Shown: positions 9,226-19,064, numbered from the stretch's first letter. The stretch: DNA of 55,886 bases from Dehalococcoidia bacterium (GCA_003552125.1 PUON01000057.1:1-55886); one strand, 5' to 3'. Made by a program: numbers and translations. Notes: generated from the letters alone by a model not told the origin.

Positions 9226-10542
9226 GTGGACGATCCTGCCAGTTGGCTTATACCAGCGTTTCTATTCTGCCTGTTTCTTTCGGGCTTCTTTTCGAGTGCT
9301 GAATCCGCGTTCATATCCGTATCACGTCTTCGAGTGCACTACTTGCGTGAAAGCGGAGTCCGTGGTGCTCAGCGACTCGCTACGGTCCTGGATCGCCCTG
9401 AGCGGTTGCTCGCAACGGTACTCCTTGGCAACAACCTGGTGAACATCGCTTGTGCAAGCATCGGGACAATGCTGTGCATCGCGTGGTTCGGTCTGCCCTG
9501 GGGCCCGGTCATCGCTACTGTTGGCGTGACCTCCCTCGTGCTGGTGTTCGGGGAACTCCTACCGAAGACCGTCGCGGTGCACCATGCAGAGCCGGTGGCC
9601 ATAAGGTACGCGTATACCATACGGTTCGTTGAGATTGTGCTGTATCCGTTTGTGACGCTGCTCGACCGTATCGGGTTCGGATTTCGCAGACTTGTCACCG
9701 ACGTAGAGAGCAAGAAGATGCTGGTCAGCGCCGGAGAGCTTCGCTCTGCTATCTCTGTGGGAGAGAGCGAGGGCGTGGTTGAGGAAGACCAGGCAGAGAT
9801 GCTGCACAAAGTACTGGAGTTCACCAATACACCTGTCAGCAAGGTGATGGTGCCAAGAACGGAAATCGCGTGGGTCATGGAAGGCACGACTGTCGCCGAC
9901 TTCCTCACGATTTATGCGGACAAGCCATACAGCCGGTTTCCGGTCTATCGTGATACCACTGACAACGTTATCGGAATCCTGTCCATTAAGGATGTCCTGA
10001 TGAAGCTCACCACCGCATGTCCTCCCAAAGATCTCCTGGTCGATGAGGTTATGCGCCGCCCGTTCTTCGTCCCGGAGAGTCAGCCACTGGGGCGACTGCT
10101 TGGAGAGATGCGTGATGTCGGTCATCACGTGGCGTTGGTGGTCGATGAATACGGCGGCGTGGCTGGAATGGTGACGCTTGGTCTCCTCACTGAGGAGGTG
10201 GTCGGCGACATACGGGACGAACTCGGCAACGAGGATGAGGATTTTGTCATGACTGCTGTGAACACGTACCAGCTCGATGGAGGGTATCGTGTGGAAGATG
10301 CGAACGAAGACCTTGAACTCGGCCTTCCCGAGGGCGACTATGAGACTGTGGCGGGTTTTGTATTATCCTTCCTCGGTCGCATACCTCGCGAGGGTGAGCA
10401 ACTCAAGTACGGCGACCTCAAGCTGGTGATTGCAGAGATGCGGGGGGTTAAGATCGAGAAAGTTGTGGTGACAAAGGATACGCCCGTGACCGCGCCAATA
10501 CCTGACGCCGGGACGGACAACCATGGAACGCCTTCGTCTTAA
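9226..10542 (+). CDS. CNNM/HlyC/CorC family transporter (DUF21 + tandem CBS + CorC domain)
   Basis: SGFFSSAESAF, LATVLLGNNLVNI, VFGELLPKT, VMVPRTEI, YSRFPVY, VDEYGGVAG, YETVAGF. The GTG start at 9226 is inferred; the ORF is open from 9091. Confidence 0.9.
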   Translation: MDDPASWLIPAFLFCLFLSGFFSSAESAFISVSRLRVHYLRESGVRGAQRLATVLDRPERLLATVLLGNNLVNIACASIGTMLCIAWFGLPWGPVIATVGVTSLVLVFGELLPKTVAVHHAEPVAIRYAYTIRFVEIVLYPFVTLLDRIGFGFRRLVTDVESKKMLVSAGELRSAISVGESEGVVEEDQAEMLHKVLEFTNTPVSKVMVPRTEIAWVMEGTTVADFLTIYADKPYSRFPVYRDTTDNVIGILSIKDVLMKLTTACPPKDLLVDEVMRRPFFVPESQPLGRLLGEMRDVGHHVALVVDEYGGVAGMVTLGLLTEEVVGDIRDELGNEDEDFVMTAVNTYQLDGGYRVEDANEDLELGLPEGDYETVAGFVLSFLGRIPREGEQLKYGDLKLVIAEMRGVKIEKVVVTKDTPVTAPIPDAGTDNHGTPSS

Positions 10543-11185
10543 ATTCGGCCGTCAGGGCCCTGTCAGATTCACCTCGCACCTCGACACCGTTCGTTGCTGG
10601 GAGCGTATGTGCCGGCGTGCCGCGCTTCCACTCGAGTACAGCCACGGATTCACGCCACACCCGAAGATATCCGTCGCCGTGCCGTTGGCGGTCGGCTTCA
10701 CAAGCGAGGCAGAGTTGCTGGATCTGTGGCTCCGAAAGTGGCTTCCGCCCGGATCTGCACTTATGATGCTCAGGGAGCAGTTACCGAAGGGATTCACGCT
10801 GTTCGATGTCTGGGAGATGCCCCATGGTGCTCCCGGCCTGCAGGCCATGGTTCGCAGAGCACGGTACCGCTGTGTGGCGTGGCATGATGATGGCGTTGAG
10901 GCGGCAGGCCAGGCGGCGAGTACGTTCATGCAGTCTGAAAGCGTTGAATACAAATACGTCCGGGGCGATGATTTGAAATCGGTTGACCTCCGACCGCTTG
11001 TACACAGTCTTGTGATGAGCCCTGGCGAGGATAATTGGTGTCGCGTCGATCTTGAAGTCCGGGCCGGACAGGAGAAGAGCGCCCGTCCCGATCATGTGCT
11101 GAACGTGCTCGGCTTTTCCAGTCCTGTTGATTCGATTCACCGAGTCGAGCTGGTGCTCGAAGGACAGGAGCTTGATCCGGCGTAA
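10523..11185 (+). CDS. Radical-SAM-linked protein (TIGR03936/DUF2344-like)
   Basis: RLRLKFGRQGPVRFTSHLD, LPLEYSHGFTPHPKISVAVPLAVG, VDLRPLV. Confidence 0.85.
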   Translation: MERLRLKFGRQGPVRFTSHLDTVRCWERMCRRAALPLEYSHGFTPHPKISVAVPLAVGFTSEAELLDLWLRKWLPPGSALMMLREQLPKGFTLFDVWEMPHGAPGLQAMVRRARYRCVAWHDDGVEAAGQAASTFMQSESVEYKYVRGDDLKSVDLRPLVHSLVMSPGEDNWCRVDLEVRAGQEKSARPDHVLNVLGFSSPVDSIHRVELVLEGQELDPA

Positions 11186-11234
11186 TCACAGTGTGCCCCC
11201 GATGGTTTGAGCCAACCCGGCTGGAGGTTATTCA

Positions 11235-11840
11235 TTGAGACTTATCCTGGTGCGACATGGTGAGACCGTCTGGAACAGCGAGTTCAAGGTTCAGGGCGGC
11301 GGTGTTGATACGGAGCTGAGCGCGAAAGGGCGGCAGCAGATTGTGCGGCTCGGCGAAGTTCTGCGACACGAGCCCGTTGGCGTGATACTGGCGAGCCCAC
11401 TGCGACGCACGTTGCTTACCGCTGAAGCCATTGCACAATTCCACCAGGTACCGGTTACGACGCACCCCGACCTCAAGGAGGTGAACGTAGGCGAATTTGA
11501 CGGTCTTTCGACCGTCGATATGCCCCAGACGTTTACTGAATTACTGCTTGAATGGTGGAAAGGGGGGCGGGAGCGGCTGCCCGGGGGAGAAAGCTTCCAG
11601 GAGTTGCAGGATCGCGCATGGGGTGTCGTGGAACCTCACACCTGTACCGGAACTCAGGAAGATATTCTGGTGGTAAGCCACTACTTCACAACCCTGTCCA
11701 TTATCTTCAAGATACTTGAGCTTCCCTTGCACCTGCTTGTCAGGTTTCGGATGGATCCGGGTTCGATCAGTATCGTCGAATTCGGCAGGTTCGCCGCCAG
11801 GCTGTCGCGTTTCAACGATACGTCCTACCAGGTGGTGTAG
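11235..11840 (+). CDS. Histidine phosphatase (phosphoglycerate mutase-like) family protein
   Basis: LVRHGET, SPLRR, LKEVNVGEFDG, PGGES, VVSH motifs. TTG start after GGAGGT. Confidence 0.9.
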   Translation: MRLILVRHGETVWNSEFKVQGGGVDTELSAKGRQQIVRLGEVLRHEPVGVILASPLRRTLLTAEAIAQFHQVPVTTHPDLKEVNVGEFDGLSTVDMPQTFTELLLEWWKGGRERLPGGESFQELQDRAWGVVEPHTCTGTQEDILVVSHYFTTLSIIFKILELPLHLLVRFRMDPGSISIVEFGRFAARLSRFNDTSYQVV

Positions 11841-11845
11841 GGCTG

Positions 11846-13321
11846 ATGAGGAGCGCCGGGAAGTCTTCTGGCAACGAACTCGAGAAAAGGGTGCTCGCGT
11901 ACTTACGCCAGTACTGCGGCATTGATGTCGGAAGTGATGTAATCGTCGCCGTCTCCGGTGGTGCCGATTCGCTTTGTCTTCTCCACGTGCTGCATCGTCT
12001 CTCCGAACACTTTCCACTGAATCTGCACGTGGCGCATATGGACCACATGTTGCGAGGCCGTGCATCCGGCGAGGACGCTGAGTTCGTAGCTCAGCAGGCA
12101 CGTGCCCTCCGGCTGCCGTGTACGGTCGAATCGCGCGATATCCTTGAGTATAAGCTGGAGCACCGCTGTTCGCTGGAGGAGGCGGCACGGGAGGTGCGGT
12201 ACGAGTTCCTGCGTGCGGTAGCGGAAAGCTGTGGAGCAGAGACCGTCATCACCGGACACACGCGTGATGACGACGTCGAGACCGTGATGCTGCACATCTT
12301 GCGAGGCTCTGGCATACACGGGCTTCGTGGACTGGAGCCGGCAACCGAGGTTCCATTTACGTTGCCGGTATCTGCAAGACGGCGCACATTGCGACTGGCG
12401 AGGCCGCTGCTGACCGTATCGCGGGAAGAAACAGTCACGTACTGTAGCTTGAGGGGACTTACTTATCGACGGGACGTATCCAATGAATACCCCCACTTCC
12501 TTCGGAATCGCATCAGACTGGAGGTGCTACCTGCACTGAGGCAGATCAATCCGCGGTTAGACGATACGCTGCTTCGCCTTGCCTCGGCTGCTGCGGAAGA
12601 TGATGGCTTCATCGTCGAGGCTGCACAGATAACCTGGGATAACGCCGTGACATCGACCCAGACAGCGGTCTTCATCGACCTGCCGGCATTTCAATTCAGC
12701 GCCCCGGCCGTGCAGGCCAGGCTGCTGCGGCAGGCGGTGGTTCATCTCACCGGAAGTGCGCGCGATCTCAGCCATGCTCACGTGACCCTTGTCAGAGAGC
12801 TCGCAGCCGGGACCGAGCCAAGGCAGATGGATCTGCCTCTCAATGTCATCGTGCGGAGAGCACGAGACTGCATGGTGGCGTTTATTCGTGGTCACGACCC
12901 TGCTTGTGATGTCAGCAGGACGCCGTTGCTACCGGTGTCACTCGACGTTCCCGGAGAGACGCGGATACCGGGATGGAGAGTAGTTACGACTTACGAAAAG
13001 GCAGGTTCCGATTTCATTACGGATCCGTATGTTGCGCGCCTGGATGCGGCCAAGACCGGACCGCATCTCACGGTCCGACGGCGCAGGCCGGGTGACCGGT
13101 TCCGACCGCTGGGAATGGTGGGGCAGAAGAAACTGCAGGACTTCATGGTCGATGCAAAGATCCCGGTTCATATCCGTGACTGCGTGCCGGTGGTGTGCTC
13201 GGGTGACGATATCGTATGGGTGGTTGGCTGGCGCATCGATGACAGGGTCAAGCTTGCCGCTTGCACGCAGAATGTGGTGCGCATCGAATTCCTGCCGGTT
13301 CCTGAGGATAACGTGTCCTGA
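11846..13321 (+). CDS. tilS: tRNA(Ile)-lysidine synthetase
   Basis: PP-loop VAVSGGADS, HMDHMLRG, SLEEAAREVRY, GHTRDDDVET, RNRIR, and C-terminal RRRRPGDRF...KKLQDFMVDAKIP domain. Confidence 0.95.
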   Translation: MRSAGKSSGNELEKRVLAYLRQYCGIDVGSDVIVAVSGGADSLCLLHVLHRLSEHFPLNLHVAHMDHMLRGRASGEDAEFVAQQARALRLPCTVESRDILEYKLEHRCSLEEAAREVRYEFLRAVAESCGAETVITGHTRDDDVETVMLHILRGSGIHGLRGLEPATEVPFTLPVSARRRTLRLARPLLTVSREETVTYCSLRGLTYRRDVSNEYPHFLRNRIRLEVLPALRQINPRLDDTLLRLASAAAEDDGFIVEAAQITWDNAVTSTQTAVFIDLPAFQFSAPAVQARLLRQAVVHLTGSARDLSHAHVTLVRELAAGTEPRQMDLPLNVIVRRARDCMVAFIRGHDPACDVSRTPLLPVSLDVPGETRIPGWRVVTTYEKAGSDFITDPYVARLDAAKTGPHLTVRRRRPGDRFRPLGMVGQKKLQDFMVDAKIPVHIRDCVPVVCSGDDIVWVVGWRIDDRVKLAACTQNVVRIEFLPVPEDNVS

Positions 13322-13354
13322 ATCATACGTACGGCATAGGCTATACTTAACGGC

Positions 13355-14062
13355 ATGGATGCCATTCTGCTCATCGATAAGCCGCAAGGCATAACCTCAG
13401 CAAGGGCCGTGGCCCTTGTCAAGAAGAGACTCAGGACGAAGGTGGGTCATACAGGTACCCTCGATCCACTTGCTACTGGACTGCTCATTCTGCTTACAGG
13501 CAAGCGCACAAAGGAAGCGGGCACCTTTCTGCATATGGACAAGGGGTACCGTGTACGTGCGAGGTTTGGGGTCACGACGACGACCTATGATGTGGCAGGA
13601 GATGTGGTTAAGACCTGCGACCGTAAGCTGATGCGTGAGGAGGTTGAAGAGGAGCTAGAAGGCTTCAGCGGAGAACTGCAGCAGGTGCCTCCAGTGTTCT
13701 CGGCGAAGAAACTGTACGGCAGGAAGGCTTACGAGCTTGCGCGCAAAGGAATTAGTGTAGACCTTCCCGCTTCCACTGTTATGGTGCATTCTCTAAGGCT
13801 TGTGGAGTTCGAGTATCCGAACTTCACCTTGGAGTGTGACGTGTCGTCCGGCTTCTATGTGAGAAGCCTGGTGCACGATCTTGGAGAGAAGCTCGGGGTG
13901 GGTGCCACGGTCGAGGAGGTCCGCAGGGTTCGTGTGGGGTCGTACCGCATCGAGGACGCGACCCCGCTGGACGACCTCCTGGCGGACATGTCGTCGGAAA
14001 CTCCGGCATCTGCCTCTCTACAGGGCGGTTGCCAGCCCATGGCTAAGGGTAAGGTGACATAA
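13355..14062 (+). CDS. truB: tRNA pseudouridine(55) synthase
   Basis: DKPQGITS, KVGHTGTLDPLATG, QVPPVFSAKK, SSGFYVRSLVHDLG. Confidence 0.95.
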   Translation: MDAILLIDKPQGITSARAVALVKKRLRTKVGHTGTLDPLATGLLILLTGKRTKEAGTFLHMDKGYRVRARFGVTTTTYDVAGDVVKTCDRKLMREEVEEELEGFSGELQQVPPVFSAKKLYGRKAYELARKGISVDLPASTVMVHSLRLVEFEYPNFTLECDVSSGFYVRSLVHDLGEKLGVGATVEEVRRVRVGSYRIEDATPLDDLLADMSSETPASASLQGGCQPMAKGKVT

Positions 14063-14154
14063 ATACAGCTTGTATGTGACAGTGCTCACGTCGTTCGCGT
14101 ATAATGGCGCGTTTCGACCCGTTGACTCGCAGGTCGTATTCCCCAGGTGATGCT

Positions 14155-14871
14155 ATGGAGATAATTCCGGCGATCGATTTGCGGCATGGTGCCTGCGTAC
14201 GTCTTTTTCAGGGCGACTACGCGAGGGAAGAGGTCTTCGATTTAGACCCGTCGTCGGTGGCGCGTCGCTGGCGGGATTGTGGAGCGCGGTCGATACATGT
14301 CGTGGACCTTGATGGAGCTGCGGAGGGACGCCTGGTGAACCGAGAGGGCATTCTGGCGATTCAGGCGGTCGATGGCGTCAGCATTGAGGTTGGAGGGGGA
14401 ATACGGACAAGAGAAGACGCCGACTGGTTGCTTTCACGGGGGGTGGAGAGAGTGGTTCTCGGGACTGTTGCGGTGGATGATCCTTCGCTCGTTGTTGATC
14501 TCGCGGAAATGCATCCTTCCGGGGTTGCGGTAAGTTTGGATGCTCGGGATGGCTTTGTGACCACTCACGGGTGGCTCGTCGGTACTGAGATCACCGTCCT
14601 TGAACTATGCAGAAAGATGAGGGAAGCAGGGGTGTCGCGTTTCGTGTACACCGACGTGCGGCGTGATGGCACGATGACAGAGCCCAACTTCGAGGCGTTC
14701 GAGGAGCTTGCGCGCAGCACCGATGTTCCCGTAATTGCCGCTGGAGGAATCTCGACGCTTGATCACCTGGGAAGGCTTAAGCATGCGGGTGCGGCTGGCG
14801 CAATTCTCGGCAAGGCTATCTATATAGGGTCTATCGACCTGCATGAGGCAGTGCAACAGTTTGGAGGCTGA
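14155..14871 (+). CDS. hisA: ProFAR isomerase
   Basis: MEIIPAIDL, HVVDLDGA, EVGGGIR, SLDARDG, YTDVRRDGTM, AAGGIS. Confidence 0.95.
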   Translation: MEIIPAIDLRHGACVRLFQGDYAREEVFDLDPSSVARRWRDCGARSIHVVDLDGAAEGRLVNREGILAIQAVDGVSIEVGGGIRTREDADWLLSRGVERVVLGTVAVDDPSLVVDLAEMHPSGVAVSLDARDGFVTTHGWLVGTEITVLELCRKMREAGVSRFVYTDVRRDGTMTEPNFEAFEELARSTDVPVIAAGGISTLDHLGRLKHAGAAGAILGKAIYIGSIDLHEAVQQFGG

Positions 14872-15210
14872 ATGCTCAAGCTAGATGCTCACGGGCTCCT
14901 TCCCGCGATAATCCAGGACGCAGATTCAGGTGAAGTGCTGATGCTCGGGTATATGAACAAAGAGTCACTTCGCCGCACAGTGGAGAGCGGAGACGTGTGG
15001 TTCTACAGTCGCAGTCGCCAGGAACTCTGGCACAAGGGAGACACATCAGGCAACTACTTGCGGGTTCGATCCGTCGCAAAAGACTGCGACAATGACACGA
15101 TACTGGTACAGGCTTCTCCTGTGGGTCCCGTATGTCATCTTGATACGCGAACGTGTTTCATCACGGAGCAGGGTCACATGCGCGGGCTGGATGCGGACGA
15201 TACTGACTAG
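14872..15210 (+). CDS. hisI: Phosphoribosyl-AMP cyclohydrolase
   Basis: [35 protein letters not shown]-x5-CF. Confidence 0.93.
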   Translation: MLKLDAHGLLPAIIQDADSGEVLMLGYMNKESLRRTVESGDVWFYSRSRQELWHKGDTSGNYLRVRSVAKDCDNDTILVQASPVGPVCHLDTRTCFITEQGHMRGLDADDTD

Positions 15211-15212
15211 CT

Positions 15213-16124
15213 TCATATACTGGCGGGCGCAGGTTGCGCAGTGTCGGCTATCGGCTCTTGTTGCTCCTCAAGGACGAGTTTCAGAGCCACGATTGCCGCT
15301 TCTATCTGACTATCATCCGGCTTACGTGTCACGAGTCTCTGCAGCGTCAGCCCCGGCACAGTGATCAGCCTTACGAGGGGGTTCTGCTGACGATCGGCCG
15401 ACCACTTGATAATCTCGTAGCTCACTGCGGCGATAAACGGCAGCAGCAGAAGCCTGGAAAGTATGCCGATCAGTATGGGGGGCCTGCCCAGCAGTGAAAG
15501 CACGATAATCGAAACTACGAGAACCACGAAGATGAAGCTCGTGCCACAGCGCGCATGCGATGTTGAGTGTTCCCTGACAGCTTCGGGTGTGAGTGGGATG
15601 CCCGCCTCGTGTGCATTGATAACGCTGTGTTCTGCGCCGTGATATGCAAATACTCGGCGCACATCCGGCATAAGCCCGATGAGCGCGATGTAGGCGACGA
15701 AGATCATCATTCGTACGATGCCCTCGAGTATATTGCTCACCAGGTCTGACGCGATGAATGCGTCCAGGCTTCTGGACGCAAGATGAGGAACCACGAAGAA
15801 CAGCCCCACGCTGAAGGTGAGGCTTGCGACAACGGCGAGAACGAGCGCACCTTTGGGAATCTCCTCACCTTCCTCACCGGATGCAGCCCTCTCAGCGGAG
15901 TACAGGAGCGCCTGGGTGCCGATGATCATGGTTTCAAGTAGAACGAGAAAGCCGCGAACCAGAGGTAATTGTCTTAATCTGCCTGTGTACATGGTGGGTA
16001 TGGGTTTGTGGCTTGTCTCCAGCGTGCCGTCCGGCAGTCGCAACGCCATTGCCAGTTTCTTCTGGCCGCGCATCATGACACCTTCGATCAGGGCCTGACC
16101 ACCGTAGTGGAATTTCTTCGCCAT
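15213..16124 (-). CDS. DUF1385 domain-containing membrane protein (putative metallopeptidase)
   Basis: YGGQALIEGVMMR, VFAYHGAEH, HARCGTSF, PGLTLQRLVTRKPDDSQIE. Start placed at ATG 16124. Confidence 0.9.
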   Translation of the reverse strand: MAKKFHYGGQALIEGVMMRGQKKLAMALRLPDGTLETSHKPIPTMYTGRLRQLPLVRGFLVLLETMIIGTQALLYSAERAASGEEGEEIPKGALVLAVVASLTFSVGLFFVVPHLASRSLDAFIASDLVSNILEGIVRMMIFVAYIALIGLMPDVRRVFAYHGAEHSVINAHEAGIPLTPEAVREHSTSHARCGTSFIFVVLVVSIIVLSLLGRPPILIGILSRLLLLPFIAAVSYEIIKWSADRQQNPLVRLITVPGLTLQRLVTRKPDDSQIEAAIVALKLVLEEQQEPIADTAQPAPASI

Positions 16125-16205
16125 TACAATACCCCGGCGACAAAGAAAAAGGAGAAATGGCACTCGAAAACGCCATTCCCCCCGTTACGCCGAAAAACGG
16201 ACAAC

Positions 16206-16412
16206 TCAGTCCTTGATGCCGTACTTCTTCTTGAATCTCTCCACGCGGCCCATTGTGTCCACGATTCTCTGCTGGCCGGTATAGAACGGATGACATGCGC
16301 TGCAGATTTCAACACGTATCTCCGGCTTCGTTGCTCCACACGGGAACACGTTGCCACAGAGGCAGGTCACCTTGGCGTCGTCGTGGTACTTCGGGTGAAT
16401 CTTCGTCTTCAT
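16206..16412 (-). CDS. rpmE: 50S ribosomal protein L31 (Zn-binding type)
   Basis: [13 protein letters not shown] and [20 protein letters not shown]. 4-nt ATGA overlap with rpmA. Confidence 0.96.
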   Translation of the reverse strand: MKTKIHPKYHDDAKVTCLCGNVFPCGATKPEIRVEICSACHPFYTGQQRIVDTMGRVERFKKKYGIKD

Positions 16413-16660
16413 GGATATACGCTGACCTTCTTCTGATATTTGGATGCCGGCTCGAACTTCACGCATCCATCCACAAGCGCGTATATTGTGTGATCTCTAC
16501 CCAGACCTACGTTTGTTCCGGGCCTCACACGGGTTCCGCGTTGTCGAATGATGATGTTTCCCGCGCGCACAAGCTCACCGCCGTAGCGCTTGACTCCCAG
16601 TCGCTTTGAATTGCTGTCGCGACCGCACCTGGTGCTGCCGCCACCCTTCTTATGTGCCAT
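16409..16660 (-). CDS. rpmA: 50S ribosomal protein L27
   Basis: [38 protein letters not shown]. Confidence 0.97.
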   Translation of the reverse strand: MAHKKGGGSTRCGRDSNSKRLGVKRYGGELVRAGNIIIRQRGTRVRPGTNVGLGRDHTIYALVDGCVKFEPASKYQKKVSVYP

Positions 16661-16663
16661 GTG

Positions 16664-16984
16664 TTACTCCCCGGGCATGACCACACGGTCAATCGTAAGT
16701 CGCGTGTGGCTCGCTCTGAAGCCCGTCTTTCTGCGCTGTCGCGTCTTATTCTTATAGCGGAATACGACAACTTTTTTGCCCTTGACAGGCCCTTGCGACG
16801 TCGCCACCACTTTGGCTCCGGCAACGATTGGCGAACCCACGTGAGTCGATTCTCCATCCGCTATCAACAGCACCCTGTCGAGTTCCACTGTCTCGCCATC
16901 GGTCGCGGACAGGTTGTCGACGTCAAGAGTCTGTCTGGGTGATACCTTGTATTGCTTTCCTCCGGACTCAACTATGGCGTAAAT
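16664..16984 (-). CDS. rplU: 50S ribosomal protein L21, apparently starting at ATT
   Basis: Frame reads (I)YAIVESGGKQYKV...KNKTRQRRKTGFRASHTRLTI. GGAGGT lies 6 nt upstream of ATT 16984-16982, and there is no in-frame ATG/GTG/TTG back to the TGA at 17038-17036. Confidence 0.93.
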   Translation of the reverse strand: MYAIVESGGKQYKVSPRQTLDVDNLSATDGETVELDRVLLIADGESTHVGSPIVAGAKVVATSQGPVKGKKVVVFRYKNKTRQRRKTGFRASHTRLTIDRVVMPGE

Positions 16985-17035
16985 ATCCGCACCTCCAGAA
17001 CAACGGGAAATTCTAGCACCTGCTCGAACGCACAG

Positions 17036-17794
17036 TCAACTTGAGCCGTGTTGCCGAAGCCATTCCAGCGCGGTGGTCATGGCGCGTTCATCGACTCGGA
17101 GCCGGTGAACAGCTCCCGGAACTATCTCCAGTCGCGCGTTCTGACCGGCTGCCGCGGCCAATTGGTGCGCGTGGGACACCGGCACTACTTCATCGGCATC
17201 TCCGTGTAGCAACAGCACAGGGCGTGGTGCAATACGTCCTACATGATCAAGTGGCGCAACTTCCCGGAACCCGGCTGCCCACGCGTCTATATCCTCAGGA
17301 AACTCCGGGTTCCTGATTATGCCGATCTCTCGCCATCTGACAAGGCAGTCGCGCAGTGCAGGGCCTTCAACGAGGTCATCAAAATGCGCAGGCGCAGCGC
17401 AGGACACCACGCCAGCAATCCTGTTGTCATTGGCAGCGACGTGAATGCTCGCGGCGGCACCACCGCTGAAACCGATGAGAAACACCCGTGACACTGCGAT
17501 GTCCTGAGTATCTTTGAGAAAGGTGACGGCTCGTGCCAGGTCCCGGGACCAGCCGCGCATGTCGAAGTCACCCTGGCTCAGTCCGGCTCCCCGAAAGTTG
17601 AATACCAGCGACGCGAATCCCGCCTCAGCACAGCGAGCAGCAAGATCCCGGTAGCCGGTGTCATCGGGGTTGTACGGTACCGCTGGAATGCCGTGGCAGA
17701 TCAACAGACCGGGCCACGGGCCTGAAATGCTCGGGAGGTGCAGTTCTCCCGTGAGCCGCAGTTGGTCGCTTGTGAAACTGACTGGAATAGCCAC
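17036..17794 (-). CDS. Alpha/beta-fold hydrolase
   Basis: Oxyanion CHG, nucleophile elbow GFSGG, HGDADEVV (Asp), GAVH (His). Confidence 0.9.
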   Translation of the reverse strand: MAIPVSFTSDQLRLTGELHLPSISGPWPGLLICHGIPAVPYNPDDTGYRDLAARCAEAGFASLVFNFRGAGLSQGDFDMRGWSRDLARAVTFLKDTQDIAVSRVFLIGFSGGAAASIHVAANDNRIAGVVSCAAPAHFDDLVEGPALRDCLVRWREIGIIRNPEFPEDIDAWAAGFREVAPLDHVGRIAPRPVLLLHGDADEVVPVSHAHQLAAAAGQNARLEIVPGAVHRLRVDERAMTTALEWLRQHGSS

Positions 17795-17812
17795 GCCTTA
17801 CCTGCGCAAGTG

Positions 17813-18388
17813 CTAGAACATCAGCGGGCGTCGTCCGCGCCTTCTGAAGACGAAACCAGCCAGCATCCCGAAGAGAAAGCCGCCGAGGTGGGCCTGCCAG
17901 GCGATGCCGGCTATGAAGAATCCGATAACCAGGAAGAACGTCATTGCGCCCCACAATGGCACGGGTACAGGTAATGGAAACACAATCACCGGAAGTTTGG
18001 GGGCCATGATTGCCAATGCGCCACCGATGGCGAAGATAGCCCCTGAGGCGCCCACGCCCGGGATCGTTGCAGGTCCGAGAAGTATGTAGAGCACATTGCC
18101 TGCAAGCCCTCCGATGAAGAACACCTTCAGAAAATCAGACTCGCCCACGAGCCTCAGGAAGAAGCTGCCAAGGAAGAAAAGGCTGATCATGTTGAACATG
18201 ATATGCATCAGATTCGCGTGGACGAACATCGCAGTGATAATGGTCCAGGGCTCCTGCAGCACGCGAGCGGGTATCAGGCCGAGTGTCCTGATAAGTTCGG
18301 GTCGAAACAGCGTGAATATGAAGACGAGGAAACAGAGAGATACGATGAACAGAATGGCGTTCATCCCTGAAGACTGTGTGGGGCGCAT
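17813..18388 (-). CDS. Rhomboid family intramembrane serine protease
   Basis: PWTIITAMFVH, HIMFNM, GASGA, WQAHLGG. Confidence 0.93.
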   Translation of the reverse strand: MRPTQSSGMNAILFIVSLCFLVFIFTLFRPELIRTLGLIPARVLQEPWTIITAMFVHANLMHIMFNMISLFFLGSFFLRLVGESDFLKVFFIGGLAGNVLYILLGPATIPGVGASGAIFAIGGALAIMAPKLPVIVFPLPVPVPLWGAMTFFLVIGFFIAGIAWQAHLGGFLFGMLAGFVFRRRGRRPLMF

Positions 18389-18445
18389 TTACTGATTATA
18401 GAGGAAGAGCTAGTGGCGTGCCAAAGTCTGTCCGTCGCCGGCCGT

Positions 18446-18913
18446 TCAGTACCAGAGCATCGCGATCGTGATGCCCAGAAGTGCGCCTGCTACCACCTGT
18501 ACTCTTGTGTGGCCAACGAGCCCCATCAGAAACCGATCCAGGTCATCTGAGGTGCGGGGCACGTGCGTCAGTATATGCGTGAGTATTTCCGACTGTCTGT
18601 CGACCGCCTGCCGCACACCTGCTGCGTCGTACATGACGATCATCGCCAGCACCAATGTGATTGCGAAAAGCGGGGAATCCACTCCCTGACTCAGTGCCGT
18701 TGCGGTAGCAAGGCCCGCAACCAGGGCGGAGTGCGCGCTGGGCATGCCTCCGGGATTGATGAGCATTTTCAGGTTTACCTTGCGTCGGCGCAGACTGTCG
18801 ATCGCCGTCTTAATGATCTGGGCGAGCATCCATGCAATTATGGGAGCAACCAGCATCTGGTTACTCAACACGGGCATGCCGAGGTCCCACAAGGACACGA
18901 AAATCTCTGTCAT
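18446..18913 (-). CDS. Divergent PAP2 family protein (DUF212)
   Basis: AQIIKT, GGMPSAHSA, VMYDAAGVR, GHTRVQV. Confidence 0.9.
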   Translation of the reverse strand: MTEIFVSLWDLGMPVLSNQMLVAPIIAWMLAQIIKTAIDSLRRRKVNLKMLINPGGMPSAHSALVAGLATATALSQGVDSPLFAITLVLAMIVMYDAAGVRQAVDRQSEILTHILTHVPRTSDDLDRFLMGLVGHTRVQVVAGALLGITIAMLWY

Positions 18914-19064
18914 GGTTGTAACGGTATATTATTCTCGTGGATACAAGGATTCAAGCTGCTATTGACACGCCTGAGGGGCGATGGCATCATAACCCAACCC
19001 ATGCTCCGAATGACGGCGATACGGAGAACCCGCCGGCATCGAAGTCTGATCAGGTGGTTCCGAG

